A stretch of 60,858 nt of DNA from an uncultured bacterium (GTDB lineage: Bacteria > AUK180). The notes below the pieces were generated by a model. The model was given only the letters and a program-made list of their open reading frames with translations. It searched no databases and had not been told where the DNA came from. Where the stretch lies: contig CALMGJ010000021.1 in NCBI GenBank assembly GCA_937863565.1, positions 1 through 60,858 on the forward strand, written 5' to 3'. Made by a program: the position numbers and the translations under genes. Numbering within the stretch: position 1 is the stretch's first letter; each line of letters opens with the position of its first letter. Below are positions 10,217 through 20,581 of this stretch, piece after piece.

Positions 10217-11257
10217 TTAACGTTTTTTTACGAGATCGCTGAAATCCAATCCGAGTTTTTTCAATGCGTCCTTCATAAGTTTTCTCGGGAACAGCGCATT
10301 GCCTATGAATATCTTTGCGAGAAAAAGGCTCATGTTCCACTCGGCCCGGGATTCTATCCCGCGACGTATTTTATGACTGAACGAAGGGAGATGGGCATTG
10401 TATCCGAGATTCCGGTAATCCCTGTACATCATGAGCCAGTTCAACCTGCAGTTCGTGAGCGTTTGTGAAGAGCGTCCTTTGGGGAGGAGCCCTGCCTTTG
10501 CGATCTCCGCTCTTATGCGCGAACTTTTATACGAAGGAACGACGTGGAAAGGAAAATATACGGCAGGCCGGCCGCCTTCACTCTCCCCCAGCCAGAAGAG
10601 TTTCTTCTCTTCTTCCGAGAACATGTCCTCCGGGAAGAACTCTCGCGGGAACCAGTTCTCTTTGAGCCGTTTTTCGGTTATCCTGAAAAAATAGTATTCG
10701 ATCTGATCGGGCGAATATCCGATGTAAACATTCGGAATGCCGTATTTAACGGCCGTTTTAAGAAGAGCGCTCTGCCAGACGATCGTGCATATCCTGCAGA
10801 GGATATCCACAGTATTCCGGTCTTTGTTGTGGGTGAGAAGATACCGGTATGCTTTGAGAAGAACCCCTGTATATTCTTCAATGAAAAGATGGTCGATCCC
10901 AAGCGCCTTTTTCACCCGCTCTATATTGGAAAGGGCGATGCCGCTTTCAAAACCGTTGTCCACGGTCACGGCCAGCACCCTTCCTCCCGAATGTTCCTTA
11001 ACGAATTTCAGAAGCCAGGTGCTGTCCTTCCCTCCGCTCAACGCGACTAGCGCGTCATAATCTCGCCCCTTCGAGTTCTTCAGGATATCGAGAAGCTCTG
11101 TATAAAAGACATCCTTCTTATCGTATGCATCCCTGAAAGCCGGATCCTCCATTACCCCGAAATGTTTTTGCCCCGAGCAATAATTACATGCGCCGTCCTT
11201 TCCGATCACAACGCCTTCGACACGGTCGACAATAAGGCAACTCTTGCACGTTTTCAT
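10217..11257 (-). CDS. PP-loop (adenine nucleotide alpha-hydrolase) protein, N-acetyl-sugar amidotransferase-like, with N-terminal CxxC...CxxC
   Basis: CKSC...CNYC; YDALVALSGGKDS; TVDNGF; CRIC; TNC. Start placed at ATG 11257, downstream of the promoter. Confidence 0.7.
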   Translation of the reverse strand: MKTCKSCLIVDRVEGVVIGKDGACNYCSGQKHFGVMEDPAFRDAYDKKDVFYTELLDILKNSKGRDYDALVALSGGKDSTWLLKFVKEHSGGRVLAVTVDNGFESGIALSNIERVKKALGIDHLFIEEYTGVLLKAYRYLLTHNKDRNTVDILCRICTIVWQSALLKTAVKYGIPNVYIGYSPDQIEYYFFRITEKRLKENWFPREFFPEDMFSEEEKKLFWLGESEGGRPAVYFPFHVVPSYKSSRIRAEIAKAGLLPKGRSSQTLTNCRLNWLMMYRDYRNLGYNAHLPSFSHKIRRGIESRAEWNMSLFLAKIFIGNALFPRKLMKDALKKLGLDFSDLVKKR

Positions 11258-11267
11258 GTTCGTAAGC

Positions 11268-11296
11268 ATTATAACACAATTTCGCCGATATCGCAA
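11268..11296 (-). promoter_or_regulatory. Sigma70-type promoter for the PP-loop gene (very short leader)
   Basis: Minus strand TTGCGA-17-TATAAT with TGn; 10 nt from -10 to ATG and no SD. Confidence 0.6.
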
Positions 11297-11344
11297 AAAG
11301 GTCCCTGAATACCGTTTACCGTGCATCCTGAAGCAAGAAAAATA

Positions 11345-11372
11345 TTGATTTTAAATGAAAAAATTATAAAAT
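11345..11372 (+). promoter_or_regulatory. Promoter of tRNA-Leu
   Basis: TTGATT-16-TAAAAT, 10 nt upstream of the tRNA. Confidence 0.55.
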
Positions 11373-11382
11373 AGTACCGAAT

Positions 11383-11466
11383 GCCGGAGTGGTGAAATTG
11401 GCAGACGCGCTGGACTCAAAATCCAGTGAACTTAGGTTCGTGTGGGTTCGATTCCCACCTCCGGCA
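11383..11466 (+). tRNA. tRNA-Leu(CAA)
   Basis: GCCGGAG/CTCCGGC acceptor stem; CTGGA-CTCAAAA-TCCAG anticodon arm; long variable arm GAAC-TTAG-GTTC; GGTTCGATTCC; CCA not encoded. Confidence 0.95.
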
Positions 11467-11506
11467 CTTTGCATGTTTCTTGAAACTTCAAATGCGGTCC
11501 CGGGAG

Positions 11507-11971
11507 CTATGGTTCAATGAACTTGTTCGTTCTTCTGTCGATGATCCTTTCCTCGGTCCTTTCTTTGCCGTAGGGTCTCAAAGTGATCAAAATCGTATCG
11601 GCAAAGACCTTTCTTTCGATGATGTTCCCTTCTTTGATGAGCTCGACTTCGCAGGAGATGAATTTATCATGTTCTGACGGTACTCTGTCACGGGGAACGG
11701 CTTTTTCCGCAGGACCGAAATTCGGTTTGGGCGGAATATAATCCCCGTTCTTTGCATTATAAACCATACAGGGTTCAAAAGGCCTTTCCCCATGCTTCAC
11801 TCTTTTGTTCTTTTTCCCTATCGGCTTCCCGGAAAGGCCTTCCCCGGAAGACCTGTTCTTCAGAAGCTGAGGATTCAGCGGCACCGGTACCGGCCCCTTC
11901 TTCTTTGAACAGGAGAAAGAGAAAGAAACTGCAAAAAGCAGGGCAAGAAAGAATAGTAAACTCTTCTTCAT
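11507..11971 (-). CDS. Hypothetical lipoprotein
   Basis: MKK plus hydrophobic stretch and lipobox-like SFSC; consensus promoter directly upstream. Confidence 0.65.
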   Translation of the reverse strand: MKKSLLFFLALLFAVSFSFSCSKKKGPVPVPLNPQLLKNRSSGEGLSGKPIGKKNKRVKHGERPFEPCMVYNAKNGDYIPPKPNFGPAEKAVPRDRVPSEHDKFISCEVELIKEGNIIERKVFADTILITLRPYGKERTEERIIDRRTNKFIEP

Positions 11972-11976
11972 GATTA

Positions 11977-12004
11977 ATTATAATGATTTGCCGGAAAATG
12001 TCAA
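11977..12004 (-). promoter_or_regulatory. Consensus sigma70 promoter, leaderless type
   Basis: Minus strand TTGACA-16-TATAAT; only 5 nt to ATG 11971. Confidence 0.75.
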
Positions 12005-12058
12005 TATTCTTGACTAAAATATATGGAAGTATATGCGGAAAGGACAGAAAACAGCCCC

Positions 12059-12086
12059 TTGACATAGAATATTTTTGTGTTATAAT
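12059..12086 (+). promoter_or_regulatory. Strong promoter for the tRNA-Met pair and the tilS-ftsH operon
   Basis: TTGACA-16-TATAAT with TGn. Confidence 0.85.
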
Positions 12087-12098
12087 ACAACTTACTGA

Positions 12099-12175
<77 letters not shown>

Positions 12176-12179
12176 TTAT

Positions 12180-12254
12180 GGCGGGATAGCTCAGTCTGGT
12201 TAGAGCGTGCGGCTCATACCCGTAAGGTCCTGGGTTCGATCCCCAGTCCCGCTA
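12180..12254 (+). tRNA. tRNA with CAT anticodon, most likely elongator tRNA-Met
   Basis: GGCGGGA/TCCCGCT acceptor stem; TGCGG-CTCATAC-CCGTA arm. The pattern resembles elongator Met more than Ile2. Confidence 0.88.
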
Positions 12255-12263
12255 TTTAAGAAT

Positions 12264-13520
12264 ATGATTGAATCTCTGACCTCAATATTAAAGGGGCATC
12301 TGAAAGACAAGAAGAAGGTTTTCGCCGCTGTTTCCGGCGGGGCCGACTCTGTCTTCCTATTCTTTTTTCTCAAGGAAATAAAAAAAACGTTCGGTTTTGA
12401 GCTCAATGTTCTTCATGTGAACTACAATCTGCGCGGGGCCGATTCCATCGAGGCTCGGGGACTCGTGAAAGCCCTTTGCAAAGAATGGGGCGCGCGGTTC
12501 CTTCTGAAGGAAGTGAATGAAAAGCCTAAAGGGAATCTCGAGGACTGGGCGAGGAAGATAAGATACGGCTTTTTCGCCGAAACGCTTGAAAAGAACGGAG
12601 AGGAAGAGATCATCGTGGCCCATAATCTTGACGACCTTGTGGAAACGTTCTTTCTTAAGATAGTAAAAGGGCGCGCTCTCAAAAGCGTTCTGGGGATGAA
12701 GGAGAAGGATATCCTTACGATAAACGGCAAGAAGATAACGGTATTGCGGCCGCTTTTGCATATGGAGAAAAAGAACATCCTTGAATTCATAGAAGAGAAC
12801 GGGCTTCCGTTCTGCGAGGATATAACGAACAGAGATATAAGGTATTCACGCAATTTCATACGGCACAGGATCATAGGCGAGATGGACTCGAGGTTCGGTA
12901 AATGGAAGAAGCATTTCCGCGACTTCTATCTCAGCGCTTCGGAAACCGAGGCCGTCTCGGCCCGCCGGCCGGATTTCGAAGAGGATATGCGCATTGTGAG
13001 AACGGCGATACCGGAACGGATGAACGACGGCGTGTTCGAAAGCATCAAAGCGATGCTTTTCCGTATCGGGTATCCCGAAGACCTTGTGAAAAGGGCATAT
13101 ATGGAGCACTTAAGAAAATTCCTCTTTTCCAAAGGAGGCAAATATTTGAAATTAAGCAGAAATTATTATATATTTAAAGGATATGAGCATATCTATGCAT
13201 ATGAAGAAAGCTCTTTGATGAGATCCGGTCCATATGCGGAACTCGGTCCTGGTTGTTCCGCAGAAATAAAGATACCGTTTTTGCGGTTCAGGATAAAGAA
13301 CGCCGGACGGAATACGGTCACGGTCAGATGTTTCAGGTACGGGGACAGGGTAACATATAAAGGCGAGAAAAGAATGCTCTCAAAAGATATGAAAAAAGCT
13401 AAAATAGACAATTTCATCAGAAGACTTTACCCGGTCGCGGAAACCGGGGGAAAGATCATCATGCTGCCGGGCATAAAAACATATGATGAGAAGCTCGCAG
13501 CATGCCTGGAGGTAAAATGA
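12264..13520 (+). CDS. tilS: tRNA(Ile)-lysidine synthetase
   Basis: [37 protein letters not shown]. The ORF-track start lies inside the tRNA, so ATG 12264 is used. Confidence 0.93.
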   Translation: MIESLTSILKGHLKDKKKVFAAVSGGADSVFLFFFLKEIKKTFGFELNVLHVNYNLRGADSIEARGLVKALCKEWGARFLLKEVNEKPKGNLEDWARKIRYGFFAETLEKNGEEEIIVAHNLDDLVETFFLKIVKGRALKSVLGMKEKDILTINGKKITVLRPLLHMEKKNILEFIEENGLPFCEDITNRDIRYSRNFIRHRIIGEMDSRFGKWKKHFRDFYLSASETEAVSARRPDFEEDMRIVRTAIPERMNDGVFESIKAMLFRIGYPEDLVKRAYMEHLRKFLFSKGGKYLKLSRNYYIFKGYEHIYAYEESSLMRSGPYAELGPGCSAEIKIPFLRFRIKNAGRNTVTVRCFRYGDRVTYKGEKRMLSKDMKKAKIDNFIRRLYPVAETGGKIIMLPGIKTYDEKLAACLEVK

Positions 13521-15340
13521 GAAAGAACTTCATCCGTGATTTTTTGATCATCTCGGCGCTTTTCATAGCGACGTTCTATATATTCAAAATAGGCCTTTCA
13601 TCGACCGTTGCGAACATAGACGTTACAACGCTTTACAAAGAGCTTGAAGAGGGCAATATCGATCAGGCGGAATTCCAGAGCCGCGTCATAAACGGCACTT
13701 TCAAGAATGCGATCGATCTCGAAGGCAAGAAATATGTGGATTTCAGGACTCAGATACCGTTCGACAACAATAATTTACTCGATACGATGGTGGAAAAGAA
13801 GGTGAACGTTTCCGTGAAAAAGGAAGGGCCGTCCTTCTTCGAGATATTCTCCACAGTAGGTTTCTTCGTCCTCACGATCATAATATTCTTCATGATATTC
13901 CGGCAGATATCCTCGGCAAATTCCAATGCGGCGAGTTTCGGGAAAGTAAAAACGCATATCCAGAAGAATATCAAGATCAAGTTCACCGATGTTGCCGGCT
14001 GCGAGGAAGCGAAAGAGGAATTGCAGGAGATCATCGAATTTTTGAAGAACCCGAAAAAATTCACCAATCTCGGCGGCAAGATCCCCAAAGGGGTTCTTCT
14101 CATCGGTTCTCCCGGTACCGGGAAAACGCTGCTGGCCAAAGCTATTGCCGGCGAAGCGGCAGTGCCTTTCTTGACCGTTTCCGGTTCGGAATTCGTGGAA
14201 CTGTTCGTAGGCGTCGGGGCTTCAAGGGTGAGGGACCTTTTTGAGAAGGGTAAACAGCTGGCGCCGAGCATCATCTTCATCGATGAGATAGACGCGGTAG
14301 GCCGTCACAGAGGCGCGGGCCTCGGCGGCGGGCATGATGAAAGGGAACAGACCTTGAATCAGCTTCTCGTCGAAATGGACGGATTCGAAACGAATGACGG
14401 CGTGATAATAATCGCCGCCACTAACAGGCCGGATATTCTCGATCCCGCTCTTCTCCGGCCGGGGCGCTTTGACCGGAGAATAGTCGTTCCGCTCCCTGAT
14501 GTAACCGGCCGCGAAGGCATTTTAAAAGTGCATGCGAAGAACATCACATTCGACGAGAAAGTGGATTTCGAATCGCTGGCCAAAGGTACTCCCGGAATGA
14601 CAGGCGCCGACCTTGCCAATCTTGTCAATGAAGCAGCGCTTCTTGCCGCAAGAAAAAATAAGGACCGGGTGGAAACGGCGGATTTCGAGGAGGCCAAGGA
14701 CAAGGTGCTCATGGGCCTCGAGAGAAGGAGCCTGATCCTGTCTCCGGAAGAAAAAAAGAACATCGCTTATCACGAAGCCGGACATGCGCTGGTCTCGATC
14801 TTCCTCGAACACGGAGAGGATATTCACAAAGTAAGTATCATCCCGCGGGGTATGGCGCTCGGAGTAACAGTTCAACTTCCCAAAAAAGAACTTCACAATT
14901 ATTCGAAAGAATATCTCCTGGACCAGGTCGCCATGTCGCTCGGAGGCCGAGCGGCTGAAACGATATTCCTCAATACATGCACCACCGGTGCCGAGAACGA
15001 TCTGGAGCGTGCCACGGAACTCGCCAGAAAGATGATAGCAAAATGGGGAATGAGCAGCGAACTGGGCCCCGTATATTATTCTTCGGGCGAAGAGGAGATA
15101 TTCCTCGGCAAGGAACTGATAACGCACAAGAATATCAGCGAGAAAACGAGCGAGAAGATAGACGAGGAGCTGAAAAAACTTATTCTGAACCAATACCAGA
15201 GAGCCCTTGACATCCTTACGGGGAATAAGGAGACGGTTGAACATGTGGTCAAAGTACTTCTGAAAAAAGAAGTGCTTTCGGGCGATGAATTGAAAAAACT
15301 CATCAAAAAGAAAAAGGCCATTGACAGTCAGGAAGCTTAG
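13517..15340 (+). CDS. ftsH: ATP-dependent zinc metalloprotease FtsH
   Basis: Two TM segments; [33 protein letters not shown] precedes ATG 13517. Confidence 0.97.
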   Translation: MRKNFIRDFLIISALFIATFYIFKIGLSSTVANIDVTTLYKELEEGNIDQAEFQSRVINGTFKNAIDLEGKKYVDFRTQIPFDNNNLLDTMVEKKVNVSVKKEGPSFFEIFSTVGFFVLTIIIFFMIFRQISSANSNAASFGKVKTHIQKNIKIKFTDVAGCEEAKEELQEIIEFLKNPKKFTNLGGKIPKGVLLIGSPGTGKTLLAKAIAGEAAVPFLTVSGSEFVELFVGVGASRVRDLFEKGKQLAPSIIFIDEIDAVGRHRGAGLGGGHDEREQTLNQLLVEMDGFETNDGVIIIAATNRPDILDPALLRPGRFDRRIVVPLPDVTGREGILKVHAKNITFDEKVDFESLAKGTPGMTGADLANLVNEAALLAARKNKDRVETADFEEAKDKVLMGLERRSLILSPEEKKNIAYHEAGHALVSIFLEHGEDIHKVSIIPRGMALGVTVQLPKKELHNYSKEYLLDQVAMSLGGRAAETIFLNTCTTGAENDLERATELARKMIAKWGMSSELGPVYYSSGEEEIFLGKELITHKNISEKTSEKIDEELKKLILNQYQRALDILTGNKETVEHVVKVLLKKEVLSGDELKKLIKKKKAIDSQEA

Positions 15341-16340
15341 ACCATTACTTTTCGTTCTTGCCGGATCTATCTTTCTCTCGGTAGTTCTGCTGCTTACCGG
15401 GAACAATCCGCTGAAATTTTTCCTTGATCTTATAAGGGGAAGCCTCGGCAGCGCTTCCGCTATCTCATATACCCTCCAGTACATGACCCCTCTCCTTTAC
15501 ACGGGGCTTGCCGCGGCCATTGCATTCCGTTCGGGCATTTTCAATATCGGAGTGGAAGGCCAGCTTTATATTGGAGCTCTTTTTTCCGCTCTTGCCGGAT
15601 GCTATCTGAAAACGGATATTCCCTGCCTGCATTTTCTCTTTACGCTTGCTGCAGCCATGGCGGGAGGCGCATTGTGGGCTTTGATACCTGCTCTTCTAAA
15701 GGTGCATCTGAAGGTCAATGAGGTCATCTCGACGATAATGATGAACTATATTGCGCTGAATCTGTGCAATTTCCTTGTAATGGAAACGGACCTTCGCGTA
15801 GATAAATCGCTTCCTTTCACGAAGAATATTCTTCCTTCCGCGGGTCTTTCCAAGATCGATATCCTGTCTCCCGAGACGATGCTCAATACGGGATTCCTGA
15901 TCGGCATCGCCCTTTGCCTTCTTTTCGCTTTCATCTTCTCGCGTACCGCTATCGGGTTCAAGATGAACATAACGGGAAGATCGGTTAAAGCGGCAAGTTA
16001 TGCCGGCATCGATGTTAAAAAGATCATTATAAGGACGATGCTGATCTCCGGCGCCGTGGCCGGACTCGGAGGGTTTGAACAAATAGCGGGTGTTTTCAAA
16101 CACTTTGTTTCACCATTCCCGGACGGATACGGATATCTTGGTATCGCGGTCTCTCTCATGGCCTTCAATAATCCGCTTTTCGTTATTCTTACGGCATTTC
16201 TTTTCGGCATGTTCGATTCGGGAAGTTCGTTCATAGATATCATTTCAAATGTACCCCGGGAGATCATCTACGTGATCGAAGGGATGATAATAATCCTTGT
16301 ATCTTCAAAGATCGTAAGGAAAGGAGGAGAATATGTTTAG
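15321..16340 (+). CDS. Nucleoside/sugar (CUT2, YufP/RnsC-like) ABC transporter permease
   Basis: [32 protein letters not shown] and [10 protein letters not shown] motifs; highly hydrophobic. Confidence 0.85.
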   Translation: MTVRKLRPLLFVLAGSIFLSVVLLLTGNNPLKFFLDLIRGSLGSASAISYTLQYMTPLLYTGLAAAIAFRSGIFNIGVEGQLYIGALFSALAGCYLKTDIPCLHFLFTLAAAMAGGALWALIPALLKVHLKVNEVISTIMMNYIALNLCNFLVMETDLRVDKSLPFTKNILPSAGLSKIDILSPETMLNTGFLIGIALCLLFAFIFSRTAIGFKMNITGRSVKAASYAGIDVKKIIIRTMLISGAVAGLGGFEQIAGVFKHFVSPFPDGYGYLGIAVSLMAFNNPLFVILTAFLFGMFDSGSSFIDIISNVPREIIYVIEGMIIILVSSKIVRKGGEYV

Positions 16341-17208
16341 AGGAACCACTGTTGCCATCGTTACACCTTTTGACAAAGACGGCAAAGTCGATGAAAAGGC
16401 CTTTCTCAAACTCTGCGAATTCCATAAAGCCAATAAAACTTCTGCAATACTGATCGGGGGCACAACGGGAGAATCGCCTACCCTCTCGGATGATGAGCTC
16501 TTCAGGCTCTTTAAGATCGCCGTGGAGAATTACAAGAACAAGATCCCTCTTCTTGCCGGCACCGGGACGAACGATACCAGAAAAACGCTCAAGAAGACCC
16601 TTATGGCGAAGGAAGCGGGAATGGACGCCGCGCTCGTTGTTACCCCGTATTACAATAAACCTCCGCAGGAATCCCTTTTCGAGCATTATGCCTATATCGC
16701 TAAAAAGGGTCGTCTCCCCGTTGTTATCTACAATGTTCCCTGCCGCACGGGCGTTAACATAGCCCCCGAGACCGTGGGAAGACTCTCAAAGATCCCCGGC
16801 ATTATCGGTATCAAGGAAGCAACGGGATCGATGACCCACGCAGTAGAGATTAAAAATCTAGTCGCAGATAATTTTCTCATGCTTTCCGGAGACGACCTGA
16901 CAGCGCTTCCTTTCATGGCCACCGGAGGGCATGGGGTTATTTCTGTTACTGCCAATATCGTTCCCGACAAAGTTCAAAAGGTCCTCGACCTTTACAATGA
17001 GAACAAGAACAAGGAAGCCGTTAAGCTGGCGAATAAATTGTATCCTCTTCACAAAGCCATGTTCATAACCACCAATCCGATACCTGTGAAAACCGCTGTG
17101 TTCCTCATGGGCATGATAAAGAACGAATTCAGAATGCCGCTCACGAGGATGAACGCTCAGGATACGGACAAACTACGCAATGTCCTCATCAATAAGGATG
17201 TTCTATGA
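16333..17208 (+). CDS. dapA: 4-hydroxy-tetrahydrodipicolinate synthase
   Basis: GTTGES, VTPYYNKP, YNVPCRTG, GIKEATG. Confidence 0.95.
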   Translation: MFRGTTVAIVTPFDKDGKVDEKAFLKLCEFHKANKTSAILIGGTTGESPTLSDDELFRLFKIAVENYKNKIPLLAGTGTNDTRKTLKKTLMAKEAGMDAALVVTPYYNKPPQESLFEHYAYIAKKGRLPVVIYNVPCRTGVNIAPETVGRLSKIPGIIGIKEATGSMTHAVEIKNLVADNFLMLSGDDLTALPFMATGGHGVISVTANIVPDKVQKVLDLYNENKNKEAVKLANKLYPLHKAMFITTNPIPVKTAVFLMGMIKNEFRMPLTRMNAQDTDKLRNVLINKDVL

Positions 17209-17939
17209 AGAAGATCGATGTCATCGTAGGCGGTGCCGCCGGCGATATCGGAAGGCGATTGACGAGGCTCCTTGACCGGGCGGAAGAATTCCGTTTTTTC
17301 AAGGGTGTGGACCGGACCTGTGCGAACGATATCATAAATGACATATCGAAACTCGAAGGCGGCGATGCCATAATAGATTTTTCTTCCCCGCCCCTTGCAT
17401 TGAAGCTTGTGGAATACGCAAGATCAAAGAAGATCCCGATCGTGATCGGAACCACGGGATTCGACGATGAGCAAAAAAAATCCGTTGGATCGGCCGCTGC
17501 GGACATCCCTGTTCTGATGTCGCCGAATTTCGCAAGGGGAGTGGATGTCCTTTACAGGGCTGCCGAAGAATTGAGGAAAATGCTGCCCGGAGCGGAGATC
17601 GAGATCGTTGAGTTGCATCACAACAGGAAAAAGGATGCTCCTTCGGGGACCGCCAAAAGGATCACGGATATTCTAAAAAGCAACGAGCATGTCATAACGG
17701 GAAGAAACGGCATATGCGGCCCGAGACCCAAGGACGAAATGGGCGTCTTTTCGATACGTGGCGGTGATACGCTCGGAGAACATACTGTATACTTTTTCGG
17801 GGAAGGCGAGAGACTGGAACTGACGCACAGGGTTACGGACAGGGATACTTTTGCGCTTGGCGCACTGGATGCTCTGAGATTCCTCCTTAAGAAGAAGAAC
17901 GGCTTCTTCACGATGAAGGACGTCCTTCAATTTGAATGA
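17205..17939 (+). CDS. dapB: 4-hydroxy-tetrahydrodipicolinate reductase
   Basis: IDFS, GTTG, ELHHNRKKDAPSGTA, FALGA. Confidence 0.95.
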   Translation: MKKIDVIVGGAAGDIGRRLTRLLDRAEEFRFFKGVDRTCANDIINDISKLEGGDAIIDFSSPPLALKLVEYARSKKIPIVIGTTGFDDEQKKSVGSAAADIPVLMSPNFARGVDVLYRAAEELRKMLPGAEIEIVELHHNRKKDAPSGTAKRITDILKSNEHVITGRNGICGPRPKDEMGVFSIRGGDTLGEHTVYFFGEGERLELTHRVTDRDTFALGALDALRFLLKKKNGFFTMKDVLQFE

Positions 17940-19116
17940 CAGAATCAGAAAGGAACTTTACGAAAAGATAGAGATCATCAATAAAAAATACGGCATGCCC
18001 GCCCGATCCTCTGTTCCCTCGGGGAAAAAAGGGTCTTTAGAGCAGCTCGAGACAGGTTCGAACAGGTTAGGCGAATTCCATTTCCTTGAGAGAACTTATC
18101 CATTCGCTGAACTGCCATACAATATCGATTATAAAAAACTTTATTCCACAGACCCTCTTCTTTGCGAAATACTAGGGATACACTGTGAAGTCCCTCGGCT
18201 CGCGGGTTTCGATATAGAAACATCCGGTCTCAGATTTGACGAGAGATTCTATGCGTTCATTGCCGGATTCTCCTATATTGAAGGAAATGCAGTGAAGGTG
18301 AGGCAGTATTTCCTCAAGCATCCTTCGAACGCGGGAGCGATGGTCTCGGAAGTGGCTTCATTCGCATGTTCATTCGGCCGTATATTAAGCTATAACGGGA
18401 ACGGATTCGATATACCCGCCATTCAGCATATGATGAACGTGAACGGCATCTCCGGAGCCTTCCCCGGCGTTCCGCATACCGATCTGCTGCCTGAAGCAAG
18501 AAAGCTTTATGCGCATATGGAGAGAAGGAACCTCTCGGTAATGGAAAAGGATGTGCTGGGTTTCGAGAGGCAGGGGGATATCCCGTCCTGGATGATCCCC
18601 GAAAAATACAGAGAATACCTTTATTCGGGAAAGACGTCAGATATCGAAAAGATATTAATGCATAATGAATGGGATGTAATCTCGCTTTTCGGGGTGCTGC
18701 TTTCATTCGGCAGGGAACTTGAGATATTTCCCGATAATTGCTCGGCCGTTCTGAAGAACCTGATCTATATTCTCTCATCCAAGGGAAGTCTCGGGGACGA
18801 TATCTTCGGGAAGATCGTATCAAAAGGAGTAATGATAGAAGAATCCGAAATGGAGCGGATGCTCAAGCATTTCAGGAAGAACGGACTGAACGAGCTCTTT
18901 TTCAAATTTGCGGAGTACGCCATATCAAAAGGTTCCTCGGGCGAATCCCTTCTGAAGAGCTATCTGAATTTAAGCAAAGCCCGCCTCCACTTCTGCGAAG
19001 AGACGATAAATATCCTTGAGGCGCGGGAATTGGATGAAGACAATACAAGAAGACTGGAAAGATTGCGGGTGCTTTTGACAAAAAAGAAAAAAAAGAATAT
19101 AATACACTCGAAATGA
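17932..19116 (+). CDS. YprB/MrfB-like RNase H-fold (DEDD) exonuclease with helical C-terminus
   Basis: FDIETSG, YNGNGFDIP, HTDL, R.GDIPS..IP..Y, HNEWDV. Confidence 0.8.
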   Translation: MNDRIRKELYEKIEIINKKYGMPARSSVPSGKKGSLEQLETGSNRLGEFHFLERTYPFAELPYNIDYKKLYSTDPLLCEILGIHCEVPRLAGFDIETSGLRFDERFYAFIAGFSYIEGNAVKVRQYFLKHPSNAGAMVSEVASFACSFGRILSYNGNGFDIPAIQHMMNVNGISGAFPGVPHTDLLPEARKLYAHMERRNLSVMEKDVLGFERQGDIPSWMIPEKYREYLYSGKTSDIEKILMHNEWDVISLFGVLLSFGRELEIFPDNCSAVLKNLIYILSSKGSLGDDIFGKIVSKGVMIEESEMERMLKHFRKNGLNELFFKFAEYAISKGSSGESLLKSYLNLSKARLHFCEETINILEARELDEDNTRRLERLRVLLTKKKKKNIIHSK

Positions 19117-20528
19117 TCAAAAACAGCATTTCTGCCAGATTGCTTTCTCAATTCAATATATTCTTTGTAATCACTTTTTTAATGTTCCTGATCGGCGTTA
19201 CGGTATACAATGAGTTTTTCGTCAATACGTTCATAAAGGAACAGTACAGGCACATTTCACAACTGATCAATAACAGATTGAACGAGGCATATCTGCAGAA
19301 CAGGATCTCAGAAAGAGCCGAAGAGGTTTTCCAGGAATACAATCAGGCTCTCTTCCTTTTAAGAAACCTGAGCATTGTTGACGAAGAAGGCAATACGGTA
19401 TATCAAAAGCTGCCTGAAGGCGATTGCATTGAACACGCGAAGACAGAAGAGATGCCCATGAAGTGGGAGTTCATGAAGGTACACGTGGAACTTCCGATCT
19501 GCGATGTTTTAGACCGTCATCTTGCGCATGCCGTGTATTGCTTCGATCTTAGAAATCTGTATTATATCGAATTGCTTACTATTTTGATCGTTTTCCTGGT
19601 GATAGCGTTCGGCTGTCTGCTAATGCGGAAAATGGCAATGAAAAAGATCAAAACAATGATACTCGACCCTCTTCTCAAGGCAAGGGATATTCTCACCGAG
19701 GATCTCGGATACGACGAGAACAAGGTCTATGAGAACGAGATCGATTTCCTGTACCAGAGCCTGAAACAGTACCAGGAGTATTTTGACCGCGCGCTTCAAA
19801 GCATCGGATTGAAAAGAAACCGTATGCAGAGACATGAGGATTTGAATAAAAAGATCATGACGCAGCAGGAAAAGTTCATCTCCTCTCTCACTCACGAAAT
19901 GAACATTCCGCTCACGATAATGCTCGGGTATCTGGAACAACTGAAAAAGGACCCCTCTCATTATCTCGAGAAGAGCATCATGTATTTCGATAAGAACATG
20001 AAGCGGCTTCAGAGGATCATCGAGAACACGATACAGGTGGTGAAATTGGGGAACTTCGATATCCCTTTGAATATAGAACAATATTCTATCCTTGCCTTCT
20101 TTGCTGAGATCGAGGACGAGTACAGGGACCTGGCTGCAGAAAAAGGCCTCACATTGACATTCAGAACGGATATAAAGAATGACATCATCGGGTTCGATCC
20201 CGTAGAACTCCGGAAGGTCTTCGAGAATCTCATTTCCAACAGCATCAAGTTCACGAATCCAAAAGGAATGATAACCGTATATGCGGAGGAGCGGAATGAC
20301 GATTACCTCTTAGGCGTAAAAGATACGGGAAAAGGCATTGAAAAGAAACATATAGAGAATGTGTTCACCGAATTCTACCAGGCTGAAAATAAACCGGCGA
20401 CCGGACTGGGGCTGGGTCTCTTCATCGTAAAAAAGATACTTGAAAAACACGGCTTCGAACTTGGGATAAAAAGTGAAGAAGATACCGGAACGGATATCTT
20501 TTTTATGATCAAAAAAAATATACCGTAA
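19113..20528 (+). CDS. Membrane sensor histidine kinase (HisKA + HATPase_c), no adjacent response regulator
   Basis: Two TM segments; H-box THEMNIPL; N-box ENLISNSIKF; DTGKG; GLGLGL. Confidence 0.9.
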   Translation: MIKNSISARLLSQFNIFFVITFLMFLIGVTVYNEFFVNTFIKEQYRHISQLINNRLNEAYLQNRISERAEEVFQEYNQALFLLRNLSIVDEEGNTVYQKLPEGDCIEHAKTEEMPMKWEFMKVHVELPICDVLDRHLAHAVYCFDLRNLYYIELLTILIVFLVIAFGCLLMRKMAMKKIKTMILDPLLKARDILTEDLGYDENKVYENEIDFLYQSLKQYQEYFDRALQSIGLKRNRMQRHEDLNKKIMTQQEKFISSLTHEMNIPLTIMLGYLEQLKKDPSHYLEKSIMYFDKNMKRLQRIIENTIQVVKLGNFDIPLNIEQYSILAFFAEIEDEYRDLAAEKGLTLTFRTDIKNDIIGFDPVELRKVFENLISNSIKFTNPKGMITVYAEERNDDYLLGVKDTGKGIEKKHIENVFTEFYQAENKPATGLGLGLFIVKKILEKHGFELGIKSEEDTGTDIFFMIKKNIP

Positions 20529-20546
20529 GGTATAACTAAAAAAATA

Positions 20547-20575
20547 TTGACTTTTTCCTTAAAAAAAAATAAAAT
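20547..20575 (+). promoter_or_regulatory. Promoter of the microcompartment operon, leaderless type
   Basis: TTGACT-17-TAAAAT; 6 nt to the pduL ATG at 20582; no SD. Confidence 0.75.
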
Positions 20576-20581
20576 TACTTA

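Noticed and set aside
11383-11971. Possible integrative element at tRNA-Leu
   Set aside because: No integrase and no duplicated tRNA 3' end was seen in the window.
12000-12014. Inverted repeat GTCAA-N5-TTGAC as a transcription-factor operator
   Set aside because: One arm is simply the -35 of the minus-strand promoter, and no second copy was found.
12180-12254. Idea that the CAT tRNA next to tilS is its substrate tRNA-Ile2
   Set aside because: The acceptor stem (GGCGGGA) and CATAC loop resemble elongator tRNA-Met. An isotype-specific covariance model would settle it.
14522-15484. 320-aa antisense ORF over ftsH, and similar long antisense ORFs over topA, secA, the aldehyde dehydrogenase and the nucleotidyltransferase
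   Set aside because: They shadow well-conserved genes on the other strand and show no motifs or translation signals.
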